Source of the DNA: an uncultured virus (IMG/VR IMGVR_UViG_3300037189_026208) | Lineage: Duplodnaviria > Heunggongvirae > Uroviricota > Caudoviricetes | DNA: 64,000 bases | Reading direction: 5' to 3' (one strand) | IMG/VR virus record: IMGVR_UViG_3300037189_026208 | Location: 1 to 64,000 of that record | Position numbers and translations under genes: made by a program | In this document: in pieces, positions 50,877 through 58,228 of the stretch | Position numbering within the stretch: the stretch's first letter is position 1 | Layout of the letters: the number at the start of each line of letters is the position of its first letter | The notes under the pieces: model-generated | Seen by the model: only the letters and a program-made list of their open reading frames with translations | Databases searched by the model: none | Told to the model about the DNA's origin: nothing

Positions 50877-50952
50877 TGGTACATCGGGCAGGGATCGAAC
50901 CTGCGACCAAGGGTTTAGAAAACCCCTGCTCTATCCACTGAGCTACCGATGC
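50877..50952 (-). tRNA. tRNA-Arg(TCT)
   Basis: GCATCGG../..CCGATGTACCA; loop TTTCTAA. Confidence 0.93.
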
Positions 50953-50956
50953 ATAT

Positions 50957-51127
50957 TTAAGGAAGTTCCTCCTTTGGAGGGTCAATAATATCTTTAATCT
51001 CTGCCTGAATACGTTTGATTTCTTCGTTAAAAGCTTTTGCAGACTGCTTCTTACGATTTTTCATATCGTCAAGATCCTGTACTAGTTGAAATACTCTTGC
51101 TTCTTTTGTTGTGTTTGTTTCTTCCAT
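50957..51127 (-). CDS. 56-aa coiled-coil protein inside the tRNA cluster
   Basis: Hand-read ORF MEETNTTKEARVFQLVQDLDDMKNRKKQSAKAFNEEIKRIQAEIKDIIDPPKEELP. Confidence 0.7.
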   Translation of the reverse strand: MEETNTTKEARVFQLVQDLDDMKNRKKQSAKAFNEEIKRIQAEIKDIIDPPKEELP

Positions 51128-51137
51128 AATTTTAAAG

Positions 51138-51213
51138 TGGTGCGCCCGGAGGGATTTGAACCCCCAACCAATCAGTTATGAGCCGACTGCTCTGACCATT
51201 GAGCTACAAGCGC
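51138..51213 (-). tRNA. tRNA(CAT), probably Ile2 (lysidine type); Met not excluded
   Basis: GCGCTTG../..CGGGCGCACCA; anticodon arm GTCGG-CTCATAA-CTGAT resembles bacterial Ile2; no initiator features. Confidence 0.88.
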
Positions 51214-51223
51214 GTTGTTAAAA

Positions 51224-51299
51224 TGGTACTCCAGGTCGGATTCGAACCGACACTTGAGGGATTTTAAGTCCCTTGTCTCTGCCGTTGGACTACTGGAGC
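51224..51299 (-). tRNA. tRNA-Leu(TAA) with a short variable loop
   Basis: GCTCCAG../..CTGGAGTACCA; loop CTTAAAA; 5-nt variable region CAAGT. Confidence 0.9.
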
Positions 51300-51313
51300 G
51301 CATAAAAGACATA

Positions 51314-51436
51314 TTAATTACAAAGCCAAAGGCATTCAAGAAGAAAAATAATAAAACTCAAAATAACTACAATAGTAATAGTCTTTTCGTGATTCCAAAA
51401 ATTTTGAAACGCAATATAGAGCTGATTATTTTTCAT
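51314..51436 (-). CDS. 40-aa single-TM peptide inside the tRNA cluster
   Basis: Hand-read ORF MKNNQLYIAFQNFWNHEKTITIVVILSFIIFLLECLWLCN. Confidence 0.5.
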   Translation of the reverse strand: MKNNQLYIAFQNFWNHEKTITIVVILSFIIFLLECLWLCN

Positions 51437-51444
51437 ATCAAAAA

Positions 51445-51539
51445 TGGTACTGGGTGTGGGAATCGAACCCACGCTCGGCCCTCATCTAGGGCGCCACGAT
51501 TATAAGTCGTGCGGTGCTCTCCAATTACACTAACCCAGT
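51445..51539 (-). tRNA. tRNA(TAT), nominally Ile, with a long variable arm
   Basis: ACTGGGT../..ACCCAGTACCA; CACGA-CTTATAA-TCGTG; variable stem GCCCT-AGATG-AGGGC; T arm GTGGG-TTCGATT-CCCAC. Confidence 0.88.
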
Positions 51540-51545
51540 ATAGAA

Positions 51546-51761
51546 TTATTTGTTCTTGTTATACTCGTTTTGAGCTTTGATTTGCTTACTCTTACGAACT
51601 TTGATTTTTTCTTTAGCTTTCTTTTTTTGGTTAGGTGTGAGAAAATTACGGTGTAACCTTACTTCATCAAGAATACCTTCTCGGTCAATCTTTGTCTTAA
51701 GCTTCTTAAGTGCGCGTTCTAGGCCATTCGGCTCTCTGTTGTTTACGTATACTTGTACCAT
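51546..51761 (-). CDS. rpsU: Ribosomal protein bS21
   Basis: VQVYV...LERALKKLK.K..REGIL.EVR..R.F..P..KKK. Confidence 0.88.
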   Translation of the reverse strand: MVQVYVNNREPNGLERALKKLKTKIDREGILDEVRLHRNFLTPNQKKKAKEKIKVRKSKQIKAQNEYNKNK

Positions 51762-51816
51762 ATTTAGAATTATACCTTTTTAAGTTAAAATAGCAAATGA
51801 AAAAATAAATATTATT

Positions 51817-52128
51817 ATGAAAGACTTTAAGAGATTTAATAGAGAAGAACCTTGGTATACAAAAGTATATGTAAAGTTAATAATATATATTGTTATATCT
51901 TGTATTACTTCTCTTATAGCAGATCTTTCACACTATACATGTCACGATTCAGGGTTTGGAGATATAACCCCTGTGCATTGGATTGTAATAGGTTTAAATT
52001 TTATATTACAAGGGGTAATAGCTTGGAGAGCATTTATTGACGAATCTTCTGCTAAATACAGAGAGTATTTAGAAAATTACGAAGATAAAGAAGAAGAAAA
52101 AATTGAGAAAGTAGCAGCTATTAGGTAA
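51817..52128 (+). CDS. Two-TM late membrane protein (holin candidate)
   Basis: Two hydrophobic helices, charged C-terminal tail, TAAATA upstream. Confidence 0.55.
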   Translation: MKDFKRFNREEPWYTKVYVKLIIYIVISCITSLIADLSHYTCHDSGFGDITPVHWIVIGLNFILQGVIAWRAFIDESSAKYREYLENYEDKEEEKIEKVAAIR

Positions 52129-52435
52129 TTTCCCATTCGTCATCCCAATTGTCTAATGTAACATCATTGGATTTATTTTGCTGCCATTGATCATCAGATA
52201 CAACTTTCTTATCAAGAATATATTCAATTGTACTCTGTAGCTCTTTCTGATTAAAGACTTCGTAACTAAAAGTGTTACCTCTGGTATCGTTATGAATAAC
52301 TTCAGCAGATTCATCATCAATGCTAAGCTCAACGAGTACTTCACCTTTATTCTTATCTACGGTTGAGTAGGTATAAAACCTTTCGTCAATAACTCCGTCG
52401 AACTTAAAGAATGTATTATCTAGGTATTTTTTCAT
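52121..52435 (-). CDS. Hypothetical acidic protein
   Basis: ORF in a packed operon. Confidence 0.65.
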   Translation of the reverse strand: MKKYLDNTFFKFDGVIDERFYTYSTVDKNKGEVLVELSIDDESAEVIHNDTRGNTFSYEVFNQKELQSTIEYILDKKVVSDDQWQQNKSNDVTLDNWDDEWEIT

Positions 52436-52436
52436 A

Positions 52437-52625
52437 TTATGGATGGATGTATGTTAGTAGTGTAATGTATATAAAAAGGAGCATTAGAGCATCTAGATTA
52501 ATAAAACCTAAACAATTAAGCACGCAAGCAGTAAATAGAGCTGCTACACCGGTAAACCCTGTTTCAGACTTAGTCTTATTAAACCAAATATAGGTAAAAA
52601 TAAACAAAAACAATAACGCTATCAT
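52437..52625 (-). CDS. Small membrane protein
   Basis: Hydrophobic ORF; start moved to ATG 52625, just after the upstream stop. Confidence 0.55.
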   Translation of the reverse strand: MIALLFLFIFTYIWFNKTKSETGFTGVAALFTACVLNCLGFINLDALMLLFIYITLLTYIHP

Positions 52626-52626
52626 A

Positions 52627-52809
52627 CTAGTATACAGGATCACCAAGACCGTACTCTTCTTTTTCTAGAGCAATAATAATCTGCCCGTAATTGTAAAACT
52701 TACCATCTATCTCTACATCATTTGATGTAACTTTTTCCGCTGTAAAATGTACGTTTTCTTTTATAAACTCCCTTGTTACAGGGTTATTAATATCGAAGCT
52801 GAATTTCAT
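52627..52809 (-). CDS. Hypothetical protein
   Basis: ORF in a packed operon. Confidence 0.6.
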   Translation of the reverse strand: MKFSFDINNPVTREFIKENVHFTAEKVTSNDVEIDGKFYNYGQIIIALEKEEYGLGDPVY

Positions 52810-52814
52810 AACTA

Positions 52815-52964
52815 CTACACAGAAGCCTCTGTCTGTTCAGTACTGTCAATAATATCTACTACAGTAGCGCTCTTTTCAGTATGCTGACCTCCGGGTAGAC
52901 CAATATCATTATTGGTAGAGGTAGGATCAATATAGGCGTTTACTGGTAGTTCCGTATTTGTCAT
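52815..52964 (-). CDS. 49-aa hypothetical protein
   Basis: Hand-read ORF MTNTELPVNAYIDPT...EASV with TATAAT 8 nt upstream. Confidence 0.55.
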   Translation of the reverse strand: MTNTELPVNAYIDPTSTNNDIGLPGGQHTEKSATVVDIIDSTEQTEASV

Positions 52965-53003
52965 ACCTGAATATTATAATATTAGAAATTATAATCCAGC
53001 TTT

Positions 53004-53399
53004 TTATATACCTTTTGCAGCAGCGTGGTAACGAGCTCTCTTAGCAACGTCACAAATAGCACTAGAAGCTACAGCAATCTTTTGTAACATCCAGGGCTCA
53101 ATACTCTCACCAGAAGAGAGAATATCATGAAGCTCTTTAGCGTTTGTAAAGAGATCAAAAAGGTTTGTCTTGGCCATTTCTAATTCCTCGCTTTCATGCT
53201 CTTCCGGAGACTCTTCACATTCACAACCTTCTTCTTCAGGTTCTTCACCTAAATCCATAACAATTACACCAGCATCCTTGCCTTCATCATCCGTTACTTC
53301 AACAGGTGTTGTATCATGCTCAATATCTGTAGGTTCATTATGATCTTTTTGTCTTGAGGAAATATAAGCCTCAGCAATTAAGCGAAATTCCTTGTCCAT
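53004..53399 (-). CDS. Acidic late protein, probable internal head protein
   Basis: MDKEFRLIAEAY leader; EMAK..L......EL...L.....IEPWMLQKIAVA domain resembling T4-like phage virion proteins. Confidence 0.7.
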   Translation of the reverse strand: MDKEFRLIAEAYISSRQKDHNEPTDIEHDTTPVEVTDDEGKDAGVIVMDLGEEPEEEGCECEESPEEHESEELEMAKTNLFDLFTNAKELHDILSSGESIEPWMLQKIAVASSAICDVAKRARYHAAAKGI

Positions 53400-53400
53400 A

Positions 53401-53766
53401 TTAAGCTACGCTTCCGTCCTCTGGACAATTTCCTGTCTCGTGATCTCCGCCACAAGTCGTACAGACCTTAGCGGTTACTTTATCATCTTCGCCGGCTGTA
53501 CCAGCAACTTCTTCTTTTTCTTTCTTTGTAAGAAGAGCGTCAAGATCAGCGATGGTCTTACCGTGGTCGTTAACAATCTTAACAATATCTTCTTTTTCGT
53601 CCTTAAGCTTTAGATAGTCCTTAGAACCGTGCTCAGCTTTAAGTAAGGAACGAACTACTTTGTAGTAACGTCTTGCAAGCTTTTTGTTAACAACTTTATC
53701 AGTAGCTGTACCTTCGAGGATGCGCTGATAAGCTTCCGCTAATAATACTTCATCTTTATTGATCAT
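53401..53766 (-). CDS. Late protein with leader and a C-terminal zinc knuckle
   Basis: MINKDEVLLAEAYQRILE; CTTCGGDHETGNC. Confidence 0.7.
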   Translation of the reverse strand: MINKDEVLLAEAYQRILEGTATDKVVNKKLARRYYKVVRSLLKAEHGSKDYLKLKDEKEDIVKIVNDHGKTIADLDALLTKKEKEEVAGTAGEDDKVTAKVCTTCGGDHETGNCPEDGSVA

Positions 53767-53775
53767 ATATTATAT

Positions 53776-53997
53776 TTAATCTTTCCTATGGGACTTCTTC
53801 CACCATTTGCACCAGGCACTAGGCTTAATGTCCCCGCTAACAGCAGAACATTTATTTGGTGATCTCCACATTGTACATTGATCACATCGCTGTCCCTTAA
53901 CAGTGTGAGCTACATAACCCGCTTCTGCTTTAGAGTGTTTTGCTTTAGCTTCACTTAACATCTCTAAAGCTAATTTTATAACTTTATCGAAGCTCAT
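53776..53997 (-). CDS. High-potential iron-sulfur protein (HiPIP)-like
   Basis: SKAEAGY....KGQRCDQC..W..PNKCSAVSG.I.PSAWC..W matches the HiPIP four-Cys pattern. Confidence 0.85.
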   Translation of the reverse strand: MSFDKVIKLALEMLSEAKAKHSKAEAGYVAHTVKGQRCDQCTMWRSPNKCSAVSGDIKPSAWCKWWKKSHRKD

Positions 53998-54428
53998 CCG
54001 CCTTGCTGTGCTGCCTTCATATATGAATGAAGTTGTTCGATATCCTTAGGTATAGCTTTTTTAATAACTTCAGGAATTGGTTTACTTAATAACAATAATG
54101 ATTGTGCGTAATCTTTAGCTGTATCTCTATCTTTTGAAATAGCTATAATTTCGTGTGTAGTAAGTTGAGCACCATTTATATATTTACGATACGCTCTTTC
54201 AGCGTCATAACGTGTATTATCTTCTTTTGGTGTGTGAGGTTTGGCAACTTCTTCTGTTTCACCTGGACCTCTAGGGTTAGGCTCTTCAGGGTTTCCAGCA
54301 GGTCTAGCTTTAGCAGGATGTGCTAAACCTAATGAAGCAGCCATGGCTGCAGTTGCCATAGCTTTTGAAAAAGGTCCTTCTTGAACCAATTCATATGCTT
54401 CTGTTATTTTTTGTATATCTTTACTCAT
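53994..54428 (-). CDS. Late protein with leader followed by a signal-peptide-like stretch
   Basis: MSKDIQKITEAYELVQE then GPFSKAMATAAMAASLGLAHPAKA. Confidence 0.7.
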   Translation of the reverse strand: MSKDIQKITEAYELVQEGPFSKAMATAAMAASLGLAHPAKARPAGNPEEPNPRGPGETEEVAKPHTPKEDNTRYDAERAYRKYINGAQLTTHEIIAISKDRDTAKDYAQSLLLLSKPIPEVIKKAIPKDIEQLHSYMKAAQQGG

Positions 54429-54429
54429 A

Positions 54430-54684
54430 TTAATCTTTATTTACTACGCTGTCAAAACCTGCACTCCAGAGATCAGCAGCTTTTTTATTACCGCCTTTAT
54501 GAGGATTTTCAGGCATAACACCATCTCTGAGATATCTTCTTCCAGCTAAAGCGCCATGGGCAAAATGATCAGATGCATCTGAGGCTGCGTGATAATCAGT
54601 AGGAGTTCTTGACATAAGTTTTTCGTATTCTTGTCTACTAATAGTATCGTATGCTTCGTTTAAAGCGGTTTCGAATTTCGACAT
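54430..54684 (-). CDS. Late protein with leader and a ribosome modulation factor-like motif
   Basis: MSKFETALNEAY; G..AG........NP........W..GF. Confidence 0.6.
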   Translation of the reverse strand: MSKFETALNEAYDTISRQEYEKLMSRTPTDYHAASDASDHFAHGALAGRRYLRDGVMPENPHKGGNKKAADLWSAGFDSVVNKD

Positions 54685-54707
54685 ATAATATATTTAAGGT
54701 TTAATAT

Positions 54708-54757
54708 AAAAAAAGAGACGGTAGATCAAGAGGCGACCAAGCCCTCAACCTACCGTC
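54708..54757 (-). terminator. Long hairpin followed by a U-tract
   Basis: GACGGTAG...CTACCGTC outer stem with inner pairing, then TCTTTTTTT on the minus strand. Confidence 0.65.
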
Positions 54758-54803
54758 ATTTTGCTCTTGTTTAACGTCGTAGCGCTAGCCAACTCAGACG
54801 GGT

Positions 54804-55025
54804 CTAAGTACGCTCTATGTTTTTGTAACGTACCCCTCTGCGTTTCCTTAGTAAAGGCTCCGGACTTGAGACCGGCTTAGTAGCATTAATACGATGTTTT
54901 AATCTACACATGAATCTATATACAGTATCCGGATCAGGCAAGCAAAGAAATAAAAATATTATTAATGGAAACCCCATAAAAACCGCTATACCTTCCAGAT
55001 ACTGTAAAATAGCACTCACTAGCAA
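54804..55025 (-). CDS. Small membrane protein
   Basis: N-terminal hydrophobic segment and basic tail; start uncertain. Confidence 0.5.
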   Translation of the reverse strand: MLVSAILQYLEGIAVFMGFPLIIFLFLCLPDPDTVYRFMCRLKHRINATKPVSSPEPLLRKRRGVRYKNIERT

Positions 55026-55034
55026 ATAACGATT

Positions 55035-56000
55035 TTACGTTATAGCATCAATTAATCCACCGAAATTTTCTTCGGTCTCCGGATCAATTATACCTTTTAG
55101 TAAATCAGATTCTATTGGATAAAGATCATTATACTCGACTACATATTTTTCACTTTTATCTTTAGCAAAATCAGGCTCAACAAGAGCTTGTCGTACGCGA
55201 TGTCTTGCCCAAGGACTCATTTCCACAGCTGGTTTAATGTATGTAGCAAGTTCACCTTTCCATAAATTATCTCTATCACTTCTTAAACAAACTCTATCTC
55301 CCTCTTTAAGGTTGTTTCTCCATGTTTCTAAATCAAAATCCTTACTCTCTGTAACACTTAGTAAATCACTAAATGAATCTTTAGTATCTTTTGTTAATGA
55401 CTTTCTTAATTCCCAATCAATAGGAAATAATTTACTTAGATTGTATCTAGTATAGCCTTGAGAGCCATCTATATTGTGACCTTCTTTAACAAGTAAAGCA
55501 ATATCTCTAAAACTATCAACTACTTCTAAATATGTAGCTTTAAATCCACGGACAGTAAAAGGTCTAACTTCTACCTTATCGCCTTTCTTTAAGTTACTTC
55601 GCCAAGTTCTAAGATATTCGTAATCCTCTTGAGTCTCTTCTGATACTATATCGATTAAATCGCTAAATGAATTTTCTGTATCCTTAGATAGAGAGTTCTT
55701 TAATTCATATTTTTTTAAAGCTTTTTGTACTTTATCGGTTACAACCTTTCTAACTGTATAGTAACTATCAGGTACATGTAAGCTTCTATACCATTCATCA
55801 AAATCTTTCATATGAACAAACCAACCATTACCTGATTTAGCATCTCTAGTCCATATAGCAGGTTTTCCGTCTATAATAATATCCCAACAAGGATTCCACA
55901 TCTGACCTCCCATTAAGGTTTCAAAAGGACCCTTAACAATCTCTACTTTAAGATCATTAGCTCTTCTTAATTCCTCTAATATAAGATCATTAAATCTCAC
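55035..56000 (-). CDS. Three-module member of the repeat-tailed gene family
   Basis: MRFNDLILEE leader; three copies of the family motif (ELKNSLSKDTENSFSDLIDIV, ELRKSLTKDTKDSFSDLLSV, LLKGIIDPETEENFGGLIDAI); modules 2 and 3 look SH3/KOW-like (LKKGDKV, LKEGDRV). Confidence 0.85.
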   Translation of the reverse strand: MRFNDLILEELRRANDLKVEIVKGPFETLMGGQMWNPCWDIIIDGKPAIWTRDAKSGNGWFVHMKDFDEWYRSLHVPDSYYTVRKVVTDKVQKALKKYELKNSLSKDTENSFSDLIDIVSEETQEDYEYLRTWRSNLKKGDKVEVRPFTVRGFKATYLEVVDSFRDIALLVKEGHNIDGSQGYTRYNLSKLFPIDWELRKSLTKDTKDSFSDLLSVTESKDFDLETWRNNLKEGDRVCLRSDRDNLWKGELATYIKPAVEMSPWARHRVRQALVEPDFAKDKSEKYVVEYNDLYPIESDLLKGIIDPETEENFGGLIDAIT

Positions 56001-56139
56001 GGTTTATTATTTATCAATATCTGCTCTAGCGCGGCGAGGTTTCTCCTAATTTCCCCGCTTAGTGCATCCGTCTCGGCCCCAAAGTTTTTGAAAATATTTT
56101 ATACTCTAAATTGAATTCCGATTATTAATTCTAGGGAAA

Positions 56140-56424
56140 TTAAAGAATATCTAATAGATCTCCGAACGTCTCGCCTGTCTCCTTGGACAGATGCCGCTTT
56201 ATATTATGATCTTCTATAGCTTTGGCAATAGCGTTCTTTACTCCTTGCTTCTTATAGAGTTCAAGTCCCCAAACAGTGAGGTATTGGTTAGTCTCCAAAT
56301 ATCTAAAACCATCTGGCTCCTCGCCTATTGTTAACTTCTGGCCATCTACCTCCACGTCATAGCCTATATAGCCTTCGTCCTTAAGGTCGTAAGGACCTCT
56401 TAAGAATTTTACTTTATAAGACAT
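56140..56424 (-). CDS. Repeat-tailed family member 10
   Basis: Ends AIEDHNIKRHLSKETGETFGDLLDIL. Confidence 0.85.
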   Translation of the reverse strand: MSYKVKFLRGPYDLKDEGYIGYDVEVDGQKLTIGEEPDGFRYLETNQYLTVWGLELYKKQGVKNAIAKAIEDHNIKRHLSKETGETFGDLLDIL

Positions 56425-56767
56425 CTAAGAACCCTCCGAATGAATCTCTTGTTTCTGGAGACATAGCTTGAAGTGTCTCCCAATTCTTAATAGCTTTAGC
56501 TACCGGACCGTTTTCAGTATCTTTTCCATCCCAAAGGTAAATCTCTGGCATATAAAGAACATAAGGGTATTCACCACGTTCTGGAGTATAAATGACAAAA
56601 CTATTTCGATCTTCCGTATCCTCTTTAATATGCATTAACCAGGCACCTTCTATATCTTCGGGAAGTGTATAGCCTCGCTTTAGATACTCATTGATCTCTT
56701 CATCGGTAGCCCTTCTTAGGACTTTATAGAAGTTACCAGACTCTAGAAAGAACTTGTTAAAGGACAT
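56414..56767 (-). CDS. Repeat-tailed family member 9
   Basis: MSFNKFFLES...AMSPETRDSFGGFLDVL. Confidence 0.85.
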   Translation of the reverse strand: MSFNKFFLESGNFYKVLRRATDEEINEYLKRGYTLPEDIEGAWLMHIKEDTEDRNSFVIYTPERGEYPYVLYMPEIYLWDGKDTENGPVAKAIKNWETLQAMSPETRDSFGGFLDVL

Positions 56768-57131
56768 CTAATAAACCTCCAAATGAATCTTTAGTTTCTT
56801 TGTCTACACTATTTAAAAGATTATAATCTTCTATAGCCTTGTCTATTTGTTCTCTAAACGGATCATCATAGACGTCGGTATGATTGGGGATAATCTTAGG
56901 ATAGGGAGGTAGCCAATGCCCTCTATAATGACCTGGTGGCCAGCAGTAATAGCATATGCACTCCTTGTCCTTATACTTCATTTGTAGCTTATAGACATTC
57001 TCTTCCCAATCTTTTATATCCAGCTCATTACGAAAGAGATGGGTCATTGGTCCCTCAAGTATCTTTACTTCAATTCCTCTATTATCACCGTAATTGATAA
57101 GAGCTTCTTTTATTAATCGATCAAAGTACAT
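56757..57131 (-). CDS. Repeat-tailed family member 8
   Basis: MYFDRLIKEAL...SVDKETKDSFGGLLDVL. Confidence 0.85.
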   Translation of the reverse strand: MYFDRLIKEALINYGDNRGIEVKILEGPMTHLFRNELDIKDWEENVYKLQMKYKDKECICYYCWPPGHYRGHWLPPYPKIIPNHTDVYDDPFREQIDKAIEDYNLLNSVDKETKDSFGGLLDVL

Positions 57132-57537
57132 CTAATAATCCTCCAAATGAATCTCTTGTATCTTTACTTAATCCTTGCTTAAAATTCCATTGATCTATAA
57201 GAGCTGGAACTGTTTCACGTAACATCTTATTAAGGAATTGAGCTCTCGGGGCTGACTTGTGTTGTCTACCGACCATACGTTTAAACCAAGTAGGTGTTTG
57301 AATAACAGTATAATAAGCTGTTGTCTTCTGAAGCTCTCTATCTTTATCCTCTATCTTCTTAACCCACCAAGTACCTCCTTTACTATCCTTTAAACAAAAG
57401 ACCTCTTTATAGTCTTTATGTGGAGGTTGTTCAAGATGAAGCTCACCAGTAAGACTATCCATAAAGCCGGTACCTACAACCTTAAATGTTGTATTCATCC
57501 AGTCCAGTTCTTCTAATACTAATTGATTAAAGTACAT
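57121..57537 (-). CDS. Repeat-tailed family member 7
   Basis: MYFNQLVLEEL...GLSKDTRDSFGGLLDVL. Confidence 0.85.
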   Translation of the reverse strand: MYFNQLVLEELDWMNTTFKVVGTGFMDSLTGELHLEQPPHKDYKEVFCLKDSKGGTWWVKKIEDKDRELQKTTAYYTVIQTPTWFKRMVGRQHKSAPRAQFLNKMLRETVPALIDQWNFKQGLSKDTRDSFGGLLDVL

Positions 57538-57889
57538 CTAATAATCCTCCGAATGTTTTCTTTGTATCATTACTTAATAGCTTTCTAAACTCCCAATCAT
57601 TAATAGCATCAGGAACTAACCCGGAGAACCCCATAAAGGTTACATCTCCGCTATCATGAATGTTGTAGCTAGTATATCCTTCCTTCTCGTTATCTTTAAA
57701 CCGTACAACAAGACGCGGCCAATACCCAGGTCTATTACCATCATCGTCTACCACCCAGGCACCTTTTATATACTCTTCCCTTACCCAGCGATAGCCATAA
57801 CCGTATATCCTCTGAAGATCTTCTTCTGTAGCGTCCCGAACGACGTGATACTTCTCTAAAGCTTCTAATACTATTTGATTAAAGTACAT
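57527..57889 (-). CDS. Repeat-tailed family member 6
   Basis: MYFNQIVLEAL...LLSNDTKKTFGGLLDVL. Confidence 0.85.
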   Translation of the reverse strand: MYFNQIVLEALEKYHVVRDATEEDLQRIYGYGYRWVREEYIKGAWVVDDDGNRPGYWPRLVVRFKDNEKEGYTSYNIHDSGDVTFMGFSGLVPDAINDWEFRKLLSNDTKKTFGGLLDVL

Positions 57890-58220
57890 CTAATAATCCT
57901 CCGAAAGTTTCTCTTGTATCCTTTGATAAGGATTGTTTTAATTCCCAATCTTTCATAGCTTTAATAATAAGGCTATCAAGTGTATCAATATCAATACCGA
58001 ATAGCTTTTTACATTGATCTCGTTCATATACAGCATTATCCGGATCAATTCCTGAAGTATTTAAACCATCGAGATAAAGCATACATTGATCATCTTTGAC
58101 ATAACGAAAGAAACACTTCTTACCATTTACAGTTATATTATAATGAAGGTCTCCGATAGCCCAATCTGGAAGATCTTTGTCTTCTATAACATTAATAATC
58201 TTAATAGAAGGTTGTTTCAT
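57879..58220 (-). CDS. Repeat-tailed family member 5 (no leader)
   Basis: MKQPSIKII...WELKQSLSKDTRETFGGLLDVL. Confidence 0.85.
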   Translation of the reverse strand: MKQPSIKIINVIEDKDLPDWAIGDLHYNITVNGKKCFFRYVKDDQCMLYLDGLNTSGIDPDNAVYERDQCKKLFGIDIDTLDSLIIKAMKDWELKQSLSKDTRETFGGLLDVL

Positions 58221-58228
58221 ATAGGCTA

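Noticed and set aside
51215..51505. Plus-strand 96-aa ORF
   Set aside because: It overlaps two minus-strand tRNA genes; the translation is tRNA antisense.
51546..51761. Assigning a Bacteroidota host from bS21 and the lack of SD motifs
   Set aside because: The promoters are TTG/TATAAT sigma70-type rather than TAnnTTTG, and the array uses GGAGG; the host cannot be fixed from this window.
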